Shown in pieces: positions 24,430-33,005 of a stretch of DNA of 64,000 nucleotides (its first letter is position 1; each line of letters opens with the position of its first letter). The notes beneath the pieces are model-generated. The model was not told the origin of the DNA, made no database searches, and was given only the letters and a program-made list of their open reading frames with translations. Source of the stretch: Pyrinomonadaceae bacterium. Lineage in GTDB: Bacteria > Acidobacteriota > Blastocatellia > Pyrinomonadales > Pyrinomonadaceae. The translations under genes and the position numbers were made by a program. The DNA lies in the NCBI GenBank assembly GCA_041737885.1, contig JBGSQW010000017.1, forward strand, positions 3,481 to 67,480, in the 5' to 3' direction.

Positions 24430-25276
24430 GGATCAACCAACTAAAGCGACCGACCAAGCTGATCTGGCTGCCGCCGGTTTCGAATGGCGAGAGCGAAACG
24501 GTGTCAGGATCCTGGTCTCGACCGCTCTCGAACAAAATGGTTTCGCAAATGGCTTTTCGACCCGGCTGGGCGGTGTTTCACCATTTCCCGGCAATGATCT
24601 CAATCTAGCCGGATTCAACGAAGACTCTGCTGAAAATATTTACGAGAACCGCCGTCGATTTATATCCGCCTTCGACCGCGATTTTCGCTTATCCATGGTC
24701 TGGCAGATCCACGGCGACGATATCAAGGTCGTTCGAACATTAGACGACATCGGCGATTCCGAAGACAAGGCCGATGCGGTAATATCCGACCTTAGCGGTA
24801 TTCTGGCAGGCGCAAAAACTGCCGACTGTGTTCCTGTTCTGATCGGAGATCCCAAAAAACGAGCCTACTCGGCCGTCCATGCCGGTTGGCGAGGCACCGT
24901 TAGCTCGATCGTGGTAAAGGCTATTGCAAAGCTAACTAAAGAATACGGTTGTGATCCCAATACAATGATCGCCGCGATTGGTCCTGCAGCCGGGTGTGCC
25001 AATTATGAGATCGGCCCCGACGTTATCAAAGCTTTCGATCAAAATTTCCCCGCAACCGGGCAATATTTCTCACCTACGCATGACGGTCACGCTTTAGTAG
25101 ATCTTCACCGGGCCAATCGGGATCAGCTTGTGTCCGCCGGCGTGCTCGATTCAAATATCTACACGGCCCCTTTCTGCACTATGGAACGGCCGGATCTGTT
25201 CTTCTCTTACCGGCTTGAAAAGCAGAAATTTGGCAAAACCGGCAGACTGCTTTCCGTGATCGGCAGACAAGACTAG
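24404..25276 (+). CDS. pgeF: peptidoglycan editing factor PgeF / YfiH laccase-domain protein
   Basis: FSTRLGGVS, ADAVISD, TADCVPVL and AVHAGWRGT motifs. Start is ambiguous (ATG at 24404, 24422 or 24428). Confidence 0.8.
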   Translation: MSTPIEMIMDQPTKATDQADLAAAGFEWRERNGVRILVSTALEQNGFANGFSTRLGGVSPFPGNDLNLAGFNEDSAENIYENRRRFISAFDRDFRLSMVWQIHGDDIKVVRTLDDIGDSEDKADAVISDLSGILAGAKTADCVPVLIGDPKKRAYSAVHAGWRGTVSSIVVKAIAKLTKEYGCDPNTMIAAIGPAAGCANYEIGPDVIKAFDQNFPATGQYFSPTHDGHALVDLHRANRDQLVSAGVLDSNIYTAPFCTMERPDLFFSYRLEKQKFGKTGRLLSVIGRQD

Positions 25277-25746
25277 AGCACGCGGGCTGTTAGGGTAACT
25301 TCTTTGGTTTTAGGCGGATAGCAGACTTCGTCATTGCATGCCTGATACCGAACTGAAGCATTGACGCGAATCGAGTTGCTCTTGAAACTCGCCGGCACCG
25401 TCAGGGTAAACGGGAACGAAACCCTGCCCTCATAAACATTGATGGTGTCAGACGAGAAACTGAACTTTCGATTCTTCCCGCGTGGATAGCTAACTCCGCT
25501 AACGCGTGCTCCAGGACTGCTCAGCCGCACCGTCGTTGGTATCGCATATTCGCTGCCAGGGCGGTTGGAATTCGCATGAAGACCTCCGGGAATACTGAGA
25601 ACGATCGTCCCGCGCGTAGCCTTACCGCGAGCGGCTGTACCGTTCCCGATCGAGCCATTCACCGTCTGAGATCTAACCTCGGCAAATACCCCGACTGTGA
25701 TCAAAAGCAAAACTGCACCAAAAACTCTCTGAACATTTTTTCTCAT
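25273..25746 (-). CDS. DsbD N-terminal-domain-like secreted protein
   Basis: Signal peptide. C-terminal YQACNDEVCYPP motif recalled from the thiol:disulfide interchange DsbD_N family. Confidence 0.6.
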   Translation of the reverse strand: MRKNVQRVFGAVLLLITVGVFAEVRSQTVNGSIGNGTAARGKATRGTIVLSIPGGLHANSNRPGSEYAIPTTVRLSSPGARVSGVSYPRGKNRKFSFSSDTINVYEGRVSFPFTLTVPASFKSNSIRVNASVRYQACNDEVCYPPKTKEVTLTARVL

Positions 25747-25775
25747 ATAATGTTAGATGCCAAACACGGCAATTT

Positions 25776-26291
25776 TTATTTCACAAAATAACTGGTTGCG
25801 ATAGAGGATATTTTACGTGCTATATCTTCATTTGTTTCTTCAAGAGCGGTGATCTTCATCTCGATGACGTCCCGGCCAACTTCAGATAGCTTGTAAAGTT
25901 CAACCATTCCGACCCCTTTCTCAACCCTTTCCGTCTCTACAAGAAGATATTTTCTCTCGCTGATAACCTCAGTAGATTTAGTCGAAACCTTTGCAGCCTT
26001 TCCGATCCTAGCTACAACATCCTTAATTGAGGCATTCTCGACCTTCTTGATCTCGATGCGACCCTGTCTGGTATCCTCAGCCCCTTCGCCACCAAATTCC
26101 CGCGAGTAGCCTTCGTAGTCAAGTTCAGGATTGCCGTTCAGGACAGTCAAAAAACCCTCCGGCTTTTCGAAATAGAACAGATCTGTATCGACGATCTCCG
26201 GTTCAAAAGCTTCCGCCGCAGTTCTTTTGATGCGCGTTGAGGCATACACCATCAAGGCAACGAGGATCAACCCTGGAATCAATAACTCCAT
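25776..26291 (-). CDS. hypothetical membrane-anchored protein
   Basis: Single N-terminal TM (LIPGLILVALMVYA). No family recognised. Confidence 0.4.
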   Translation of the reverse strand: MELLIPGLILVALMVYASTRIKRTAAEAFEPEIVDTDLFYFEKPEGFLTVLNGNPELDYEGYSREFGGEGAEDTRQGRIEIKKVENASIKDVVARIGKAAKVSTKSTEVISERKYLLVETERVEKGVGMVELYKLSEVGRDVIEMKITALEETNEDIARKISSIATSYFVK

Positions 26292-26301
26292 AAACTTTAA
26301 C

Positions 26302-27435
26302 TTACTGGATCTGAACTAAATTCGGTTCACTCTTGGCCGCAAGCTGACCGCACGCTGCGTAGATATCACGACCACGTGGTTGGCGAACATAGGCTGAAAC
26401 GCCACGTGATTCGAGCATAGCTTTGAATCGATCGACGCGTTCTGGGGAAGACGTTTTGTAATCTAGCTGCTCTGCTCCATTGTGCGGAATGAGGTTAATT
26501 TTAACTCGAGTGAGTTGGTACTGTTCAAGCAATTTCACTAGCTGGATCGCATCGGTGTCGGAGTCATTTACACCGCCGAGCATGACATATTCAAATGTAA
26601 ACCGTTCACCTTTCCTCAAGCTACCCTCGAATTCCTTCGCGGCTGTCATCAATTCATCGAGATTCCATTTTTTGTTGATCGGCATCAGCGTGTCGCGAAC
26701 AGCGTCTTTAGCAGACGAAAGCGATATCGCAAGATGCGGCCGGTTTTCGAGCCCGGCGAACTCGTAGATCTTCGGTACGATACCGGCGGTCGAGATCGTA
26801 ACGCGATTAGGCACAATGAAAAGTCCGTCTTCGTCGGACATCAGGTCGAGAGCGGCGATCAGATTTTCAAAATTCAGGAACGGCTCGCCCGCTCCCATTC
26901 CGACCAGATTCGTCCCGTGCGGCGTCTCACCGTTTACGCCGTAAACGTCATTGAGCACTGTAATTATCTGCTCGACGATCTCACCGACCGTCAGGTTTCT
27001 CAGTAACCCGAGTTTCGCCGTGAGGCAAAAATCACATTTCAGCGGACATCCCGATTGCGACGAGAAACAGATCGTATCGCGGTTTTCACTCGGGATAAAA
27101 ACGGCCTCGACCGGATAGCCATCCGCCGTTTTCATCAGATAACGTCGCGTTCCGTCGATCGAAACATATTTATTCTCGACCACGAGACGTGAGATATCCG
27201 CCGTTTCTTCGAGCTTCGCCCGCAGCTTTTTCGGAAGATCGGTGATCTCGTCAAACGAAAGCAGTCGACGCTCATGCACCGCCTTGAAGACCTGCATCGA
27301 ACGATATCGAGGTTCACCGAGCGAGAGGAAATATTCCTCAAGCTCGGTTCGATTCATGCCGGTGATGTGCAGTTTATCAGTCACTTGCTTTATTCTAACG
27401 CATTCCGCACCGACTCGCTTCTGTCGGCAACACAA
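26302..27435 (-). CDS. rlmN: 23S rRNA/tRNA (adenine-C2)-methyltransferase RlmN (radical SAM)
   Basis: CPLKCDFCLT radical-SAM cluster. N-terminal region aligns with E. coli RlmN (KINLLDLNRQQM... versus KLHITGMNRTEL...). C-terminal ACGQL. Confidence 0.9.
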   Translation of the reverse strand: MCCRQKRVGAECVRIKQVTDKLHITGMNRTELEEYFLSLGEPRYRSMQVFKAVHERRLLSFDEITDLPKKLRAKLEETADISRLVVENKYVSIDGTRRYLMKTADGYPVEAVFIPSENRDTICFSSQSGCPLKCDFCLTAKLGLLRNLTVGEIVEQIITVLNDVYGVNGETPHGTNLVGMGAGEPFLNFENLIAALDLMSDEDGLFIVPNRVTISTAGIVPKIYEFAGLENRPHLAISLSSAKDAVRDTLMPINKKWNLDELMTAAKEFEGSLRKGERFTFEYVMLGGVNDSDTDAIQLVKLLEQYQLTRVKINLIPHNGAEQLDYKTSSPERVDRFKAMLESRGVSAYVRQPRGRDIYAACGQLAAKSEPNLVQIQ

Positions 27436-27477
27436 GAAATTGGCATCAATTTGCTAAACTCGTCACATCGCTTTCCA

Positions 27478-28326
27478 ATGAAGTCTTTGCCGCACAATCT
27501 AATCCTCTTTGCACTGCTGGCGATCACGCTCGCCGTGACATCATGCCAGCGGCTTAGTGATCGTTCAACCGCCGAACCAGAAAGATCTCAAACTGACACG
27601 CAACCTCCGCAGGCTGCTCTCTTGCCTTTCGGAAATCCCTCTAATGCAGCAACCGATCCGGATAACTACCTGCTCGTCCATCGCAGCCACACACTCTCGT
27701 ACAACAATAGCCGCGGCACTCTCAATTGGATCGCTTGGCGAACAGGAACTGCCGACCTCGGTGAGAAGCGTGAACGCAGCCGTTTCGAAGAGGACCGCTC
27801 GCTGCCGAATGGCTTTCAGCGCGTGCAGTATTACGATTATTCGGGCTCAGGCTATGATCGCGGCCACATGGTTCCGGCGGCGGATCGTTTTGCCAACGAG
27901 AGTTTGATGGAGGAGACTTTCCTGATGACCAACATCGTTCCGCAGACCGGCGATATGAACCAGTTCCCATGGAACAAATTAGAATCATATTCGCGAGCGA
28001 TCGTGCGGCAGGGGAATGAGGTTTATACGATCGCCGGTGTTTATGGCGAAAAAGATCGGCTTCGCGGCAAGGTCGTTGTTCCGACCAACTGCTGGAAAGT
28101 GATCGTTGTTTTTCCGTCTCGTCAGCCGAAGGATAAAATTACAGCGGCGACCAGGCTAATCGCCGTCGATATGCCGAATATCGACGGGATCGAAAACGAA
28201 AACTGGGAAAGATATCAGACGACAGTTCGATCGATCGAGGAGCGAACCGGATTAGACCTTTTCTCTTTGGTGCCTCGTGAGATTCAGGACATAATTGAGA
28301 CAAAACAGGTTAGGATGAACCGTTAA
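27478..28326 (+). CDS. DNA/RNA non-specific endonuclease lipoprotein
   Basis: ORF 27274.. trimmed to MKSLPHNLILFALLAITLAVTSC (lipobox). DRGHMVPAADR and MTNIVPQ motifs. Paralogous to the C-terminus of 19697..22126. Confidence 0.8.
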   Translation: MKSLPHNLILFALLAITLAVTSCQRLSDRSTAEPERSQTDTQPPQAALLPFGNPSNAATDPDNYLLVHRSHTLSYNNSRGTLNWIAWRTGTADLGEKRERSRFEEDRSLPNGFQRVQYYDYSGSGYDRGHMVPAADRFANESLMEETFLMTNIVPQTGDMNQFPWNKLESYSRAIVRQGNEVYTIAGVYGEKDRLRGKVVVPTNCWKVIVVFPSRQPKDKITAATRLIAVDMPNIDGIENENWERYQTTVRSIEERTGLDLFSLVPREIQDIIETKQVRMNR

Positions 28327-28329
28327 ACT

Positions 28330-28695
28330 ATGGACGAAGTTAATGTAATTGGAAACCGGGCCTTTTTTTGGTATCGGATCTATTTAGGCGTTCTGGCGAT
28401 TTTGTACCTCGGGGTTACGATCCTCGGTATTACCCTCGCAGTGCTGCAACCGGAAACTGCCGATCACGACCGGGCCACGCTGCTTTTCGTCAGCATTTTA
28501 TACGCGGTTCTGGGTTCCATATTTTTGATCTTGACGATCATTGCTCTGTTTCTGCCGATCAAACCTTTCAACTGGGTGGTCGGTATCGTAATGATCGCTA
28601 TCGGTATGACAAGTTGTCTGTTTCTTCCTTTCCTGATCCCGTTGCTCGTCTACTGGATCAAACCCGAAACCAAAGCGTTTTTTGGACGTACTTAG
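28330..28695 (+). CDS. small integral membrane protein
   Basis: 121 aa with three to four hydrophobic helices. No family recognised. Confidence 0.45.
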   Translation: MDEVNVIGNRAFFWYRIYLGVLAILYLGVTILGITLAVLQPETADHDRATLLFVSILYAVLGSIFLILTIIALFLPIKPFNWVVGIVMIAIGMTSCLFLPFLIPLLVYWIKPETKAFFGRT

Positions 28696-28700
28696 AACAT

Positions 28701-29252
28701 ATGAAAAATCTACTGACCCTGATTTCGTTTGTTTTTCTGTTCTCCCTCGCCGTGATCGCACAGCCGACCGTCACTCCAACGCCGAAGGAGGCTAATCCGA
28801 AGGATGTCGAATCGATCGACAACATCATTAAAGCCGTCTACGACGTCATCTCGGGCGAAGCCGGTAAACCGCGCGACTGGGACCGTTTTCGGTCGCTGTT
28901 TCACAAGGATGCCCGTATGATCCCGAGCGGTAAAAACCCGCAAAATGGCGTTACCGTCGCCCGTGTGATAACGCCCGACGCTTACGTCACCAGCAACTCT
29001 CCATTTTTCGAGAAAAATGGCTTTTTCGAACGTGAGATCGCTCGCCATGTAGATCAATATGGAAATATGGCACAGGTTTTCTCGACCTATCACGCATTTC
29101 GCAACAAGGACGATAAAGACCCGTTCATGCGTGGCATCAACAGTTTTCAGCTCGTAAATGACGGGAAACGGTGGTGGGTTCTGAGTATTTTTTGGTTGGC
29201 CGAAACTCCTGAAAATCCGCTGCCTGAAAAATATTTGAAAAGTAAAAACTAA
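28701..29252 (+). CDS. secreted NTF2-like (SnoaL/DUF4440-type) protein
   Basis: ORF 28368.. trimmed to the MKNLLTLISFVFLFSLAVIAQ signal peptide. C-terminal FQLVNDGKRWWVLSIFW is typical of the NTF2-like fold. Confidence 0.5.
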   Translation: MKNLLTLISFVFLFSLAVIAQPTVTPTPKEANPKDVESIDNIIKAVYDVISGEAGKPRDWDRFRSLFHKDARMIPSGKNPQNGVTVARVITPDAYVTSNSPFFEKNGFFEREIARHVDQYGNMAQVFSTYHAFRNKDDKDPFMRGINSFQLVNDGKRWWVLSIFWLAETPENPLPEKYLKSKN

Positions 29253-29268
29253 AATATCTTCCAAGCCC

Positions 29269-29311
29269 TTGACATTGCTTAACGCTGTAATGTAATTTAA
29301 CAGCGTTAAGC
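29269..29311 (+). promoter_or_regulatory. promoter TTGACA-N16-TGTAAT overlapped by TetR-type palindromes
   Basis: TTGACA at 29269-29274 and TGTAAT at 29291-29296. 12-bp inverted repeat GCTTAACGCTGT (29277-29288) and ACAGCGTTAAGC (29300-29311). Ends 2 nt before the tetR ATG. Confidence 0.6.
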
Positions 29312-29313
29312 AT

Positions 29314-29925
29314 ATGTCCTTGAATCATCGTAGACAACAAGAAAAAGAGAACCTCCGCCAGGAGATTCTTGACGCATCTCGCGAACTCTTCGTCACCGAG
29401 GGCTACGAGAGCGTCTCAATGAGAAAGATCGCCGACCGCATTGGGTATTCTCCGACGACGATCTATCTTTACTTCAAAGATAAATCCGAACTGCTCCACG
29501 AGATTTGCGAATCGACATTTTCAAAGCTAAGCGTACAGATCGAAGCGAGTTGGGTCGGTTTTAATGATCCACTAGAACGAATGCGAGCAGGCCTGCTCGC
29601 CTATATACATTTCGGACTGGAAAATCCGCATCATTATGATGTTGTGCTCATCTCCCCAAAAGACAAGCACTTAGATAATGCAGATTTTGGCTATGAAAAT
29701 TCGATGGGCAAGCAGGCTTTTGAATTACTAGTCGCATCTGTCGTCGAATGCCTTGAAGCTCGGGTGATCAGGAAAGCCGATGTGGCACTGACCGCTCAAA
29801 CTCTCTGGGCCGGACTTCACGGCGTCACTGCCCTGCTGATCGCACACGAAGGTTTTCCCTTTGTCGACAAACAAGTCCTCGCCGAGTCAGTCGTCGATAC
29901 TATGATCCGGGGAATCGAAACATAA
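29314..29925 (+). CDS. TetR/AcrR family transcriptional regulator
   Basis: N-terminal HTH: ILDASRELFVTEGYESVSMRKIADRIGYSPTTIYLYFKDK. Confidence 0.85.
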   Translation: MSLNHRRQQEKENLRQEILDASRELFVTEGYESVSMRKIADRIGYSPTTIYLYFKDKSELLHEICESTFSKLSVQIEASWVGFNDPLERMRAGLLAYIHFGLENPHHYDVVLISPKDKHLDNADFGYENSMGKQAFELLVASVVECLEARVIRKADVALTAQTLWAGLHGVTALLIAHEGFPFVDKQVLAESVVDTMIRGIET

Positions 29926-29943
29926 TTTTTTTTGGCCCCAAAC

Positions 29944-29956
29944 TTAACAGTGTTAA
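29944..29956 (+). promoter_or_regulatory. second TetR-type operator TTAACAGTGTTAA
   Basis: Near-identical to TTAACAGCGTTAA at 29297-29309. Lies 29 nt upstream of the next gene. Confidence 0.5.
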
Positions 29957-29984
29957 CCAGCAAATAGTCACAGGAATGTAAAAA

Positions 29985-30428
29985 ATGAAAGCTGAACAAA
30001 TATTCTCGATCGCAAACACGATAGCCCTCATAGGTTGGCTACTAGTCATAGTCTTGCCAAGGTGGAAGTTCACCAGACTGGCTGTCCTTTCTGGGGCAGT
30101 ACCGCTACTTCTGTCAGTTGCGTACCTCGGATTAGTCGTATTTTTCTTTGGCAGTGCCGATGGCGGATTCGATTCGCTGGCAAACGTGATGAAGCTGTTT
30201 ACAAATGAATGGGCGATGCTCGCGGGCTGGCTGCACTATCTGGCCTTCGATCTCTACGTCGGCAGCTGGGAGGTTCGCGATGCACAACGAAACGGCATCT
30301 CGCATTTTGTCGTAATCCCGTGCCTAATTCTAACGTTCCTGCTTGGGCCCATAGGGTATCTGCTCTATTCGATACTGAGATTCTTCCTCGCGAAAAAGGA
30401 GGTAGCAAATGTTGAAGGAGCTGTTTAG
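29985..30428 (+). CDS. DUF4281 (ABA4-like) membrane protein
   Basis: 147 aa with 4 TM. IFSIANTIALIGWLLVIVLPRW N-terminus recalled from the ABA4-like family. Confidence 0.55.
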   Translation: MKAEQIFSIANTIALIGWLLVIVLPRWKFTRLAVLSGAVPLLLSVAYLGLVVFFFGSADGGFDSLANVMKLFTNEWAMLAGWLHYLAFDLYVGSWEVRDAQRNGISHFVVIPCLILTFLLGPIGYLLYSILRFFLAKKEVANVEGAV

Positions 30429-31182
30429 TAAACAAAGACCGTTAATGGTGGGCGGTTTGGTGTTCCTGATGGGCGGCTTCGCAATGCTCGCTCTAACACT
30501 GATCGACGAAACGGAGATCCTCGGTATCAACCGCTGGATCAAACCGTTGAAGTTCTATTTCTCGATCAGCATATTCATGTGGACGATCGCCCTATATCTG
30601 AATTATCTGCGTGATGCCCATCGATTCTCGCAAATCGTTTCCTGGACAATGATCACTATCTTTGTGATCGAAATGGCAGCCGTAACGGCACAAGCGTTTA
30701 GGGGGACAACCTCTCATTTCAATATTGCGACTCCGCTCGATAGCGTTATTTTCGCCACAATGGGAATCGCGATCGCTCTAAACACCATATTGGTGCTTGC
30801 ATTGTTGGTCGTCTATTTCAAATCTCATATTGAGGTTTCAAACACCGTTCTATGGGGAATGCGACTTGGTCTGCTGCTATTCTTGGCAGGAAGTCTACAA
30901 GGAGGCTTTATGTCCGCTCAGCTTGGCCACACCGTCGGGGCTGCGGATGGCGGCCCCGGATTGCCGTTGACGAACTGGTCAACGGTCGCCGGCGACCTCC
31001 GCGTCGCACACTTTCTTGGGCTACATTCACTGCAAGCTATACCCCTCGTAGCTGTCGCTCTCGAACGAATCCAGGTTGTCAGTCCGCTTTTGCTTACCTT
31101 GGGTTTCGCCGCGATCTATTTTGTATTTTTCGTGCTCTTGTTCGCGCAGGCATTGCTCGGAAGGCCGTTTGTCAATCTCTAG
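30409..31182 (+). CDS. multi-pass membrane protein, unknown function
   Basis: 257 aa with about 7 hydrophobic segments. Overlaps the upstream gene by 20 nt (operon). Confidence 0.5.
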   Translation: MLKELFSKQRPLMVGGLVFLMGGFAMLALTLIDETEILGINRWIKPLKFYFSISIFMWTIALYLNYLRDAHRFSQIVSWTMITIFVIEMAAVTAQAFRGTTSHFNIATPLDSVIFATMGIAIALNTILVLALLVVYFKSHIEVSNTVLWGMRLGLLLFLAGSLQGGFMSAQLGHTVGAADGGPGLPLTNWSTVAGDLRVAHFLGLHSLQAIPLVAVALERIQVVSPLLLTLGFAAIYFVFFVLLFAQALLGRPFVNL

Positions 31183-31246
31183 TATTGAAAATTCAACACA
31201 TCCGTTTTCGCTACCAAGACGAAAGGATAATTTGATCGACAATTAT

Positions 31247-31708
31247 ATGGCTGAACACAAACTTACTCGCGAACTAACGCTCGATCTGCCAATTGCACGG
31301 GTCTTCGACTTCTTCGCTGACGCAGGAAATCTCGAACGCATCACGCCGCCGGAGCTTAACTTTAATATCATCACGCCCCGCCCGATAGACATAAAACAGG
31401 GCACCCTTATCGACTATAAGCTAAAAATGCGCGGAATTCCGATGAAGTGGCGAACCGAGATCTCGGTTTGGGAACCGCCGTTCCGCTTTGTCGATCAACA
31501 GCTCCGTGGACCATATTCGCAGTGGATCCACACGCACACCTTCACGGAGATCAGCCCGTCACAGACACTGATGGAAGACGAAGTACGCTACCGCCTCCCG
31601 TTTGAACCGTTGGGAGACATCGCCCACTTTTTCGTGAAGAGCGAATTGGCCTACATATTCGACTATCGGCAGAAGGTTGTGGCAGAGATGCTTGCAATCA
31701 AAAACTAA
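31247..31708 (+). CDS. SRPBCC (START/cyclase-dehydrase-like) family protein
   Basis: ORF 31076.. trimmed to MAEHKLTREL. FDFFADAGNLERITPP and W..EI..WEPP..F.D.Q..GPY..W.H.H.F pattern. Confidence 0.65.
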   Translation: MAEHKLTRELTLDLPIARVFDFFADAGNLERITPPELNFNIITPRPIDIKQGTLIDYKLKMRGIPMKWRTEISVWEPPFRFVDQQLRGPYSQWIHTHTFTEISPSQTLMEDEVRYRLPFEPLGDIAHFFVKSELAYIFDYRQKVVAEMLAIKN

Positions 31709-32559
31709 GCAGGCCAGACACCGGAAAACGCGAGATCGGCCCTGCCATTTATGACTATCTCGTCATCCTCACGCCATAGTACTTTGGTTGTGCCGCCTTC
31801 GGCGTGGACGTTGACGTTTCGGTCAGTTTTGAGGGTGAAAGCGCTGAGGATCGCGGCTCCGCTGGAGCAGGTACCGGATGAGGAAGTTTCACCGGCAGCT
31901 CGTTCCCAGATGCGGATCTCAATGTTCTCGCGGTCTATGACTTTCACGAAAACGATATTCGCTTTCTGAGGAAAGACTTGATGAACCTCCATTGAACGCC
32001 CAACAGAACGCCAGTCGAAATCAAAGGTTTCTACAAAAATGCAGGCTACGGGATTGCCGACATTGACTGCCGAAAAGGTATGAGCCCTGCCGTCGACAAG
32101 AATCCCCTGGTTTACGACCGCTTCCATCGAGTTTCGAGTGGCAACCGGTATCGCGTCACTTGAAAATTGCGGCTTTCCGATCTCCGCCTTGAACCAGAAT
32201 TCCCCTTCGCCCTTTCGCTCGATCAGTTCATAGACCTTGATGCCGCTGCGTGTCTCTAGACGTAACCTTTCGTCTGTCCAAATGGCCGCGTAATGCAGAT
32301 AGGCGACCGCACAGCGCGTACCGTTACCCGAAAATCCAGCGATGCTGCCATCAGGATTTACGATCTCGCAAAAAAAATCTGCGGTGCTTCCGTCAGACCT
32401 GGTAAGAATCGCGATTCCGTCGCCGCCAACACCAGTGTGGCGATCGCAGATCGCCTTCGCGAGGTCGCTAAGATCAATAGATTCGTGAATATTATCTTGC
32501 TCGATCACGATATAATCGTTGCCAAACCCGTGGAATTTGGTGAAATCAATAGTACTCAT
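31705..32559 (-). CDS. dapF: diaminopimelate epimerase
   Basis: FTKFHGFGNDYIV, SGNGTRC and a second catalytic Cys region (SSGTCSSGAA). Confidence 0.9.
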   Translation of the reverse strand: MSTIDFTKFHGFGNDYIVIEQDNIHESIDLSDLAKAICDRHTGVGGDGIAILTRSDGSTADFFCEIVNPDGSIAGFSGNGTRCAVAYLHYAAIWTDERLRLETRSGIKVYELIERKGEGEFWFKAEIGKPQFSSDAIPVATRNSMEAVVNQGILVDGRAHTFSAVNVGNPVACIFVETFDFDWRSVGRSMEVHQVFPQKANIVFVKVIDRENIEIRIWERAAGETSSSGTCSSGAAILSAFTLKTDRNVNVHAEGGTTKVLWREDDEIVINGRADLAFSGVWPA

Positions 32560-32919
32560 TGCTCTTTTGAGATCTTCGTTATGGTTTCAGTTCCGCCTTT
32601 GTAGAGAAGCCTAAAATCGATCTTGTCACCGAATCGCGAGATCTTTGAGTAAAGATTTATCCGAGACATAAAACTCCATCCGCATTGCAGGCATCAAGTT
32701 TGGAATGTCTTCGTGATCCATCTCGACAGAGCCCAGATCGTTGTTGATCTTCGTAACCTTGCCCTTGCCAAAATAGTCACCGTCTTTTGAATTGTCGGGG
32801 GTTGACGCGACTTGAGTAGAAGCCTTAGCCGGACTTACTGTAGTGTTTCTTGGTTTGGTATCTGCCGTCGCGCATGCAACAGACAATAGAAGAGCCACGA
32901 TCGCGAGAGAAAATCTCAT
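32556..32919 (-). pseudogene. CusF-like periplasmic copper-binding lipoprotein interrupted by a 1-nt frameshift
   Basis: ORF 32626..32919 ends ...KDLAIR*. The adjacent frame continues GDKIDFRLLYKGGTETITKISKEQ* and completes the CusF fold (compare E. coli ...IKTGDKVAFNFVQQG...). An extra base lies in ATTCGGTGA (about 32626-32634). Confidence 0.6.
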
Positions 32920-33005
32920 GGGGGCATTTTACGCTAATCTCTAGCAAAAATGCTAAGAAGCAGTGACGCAAATGCTAGGTTTCTCCTGCGTCTGCTATTG
33001 CCTAC

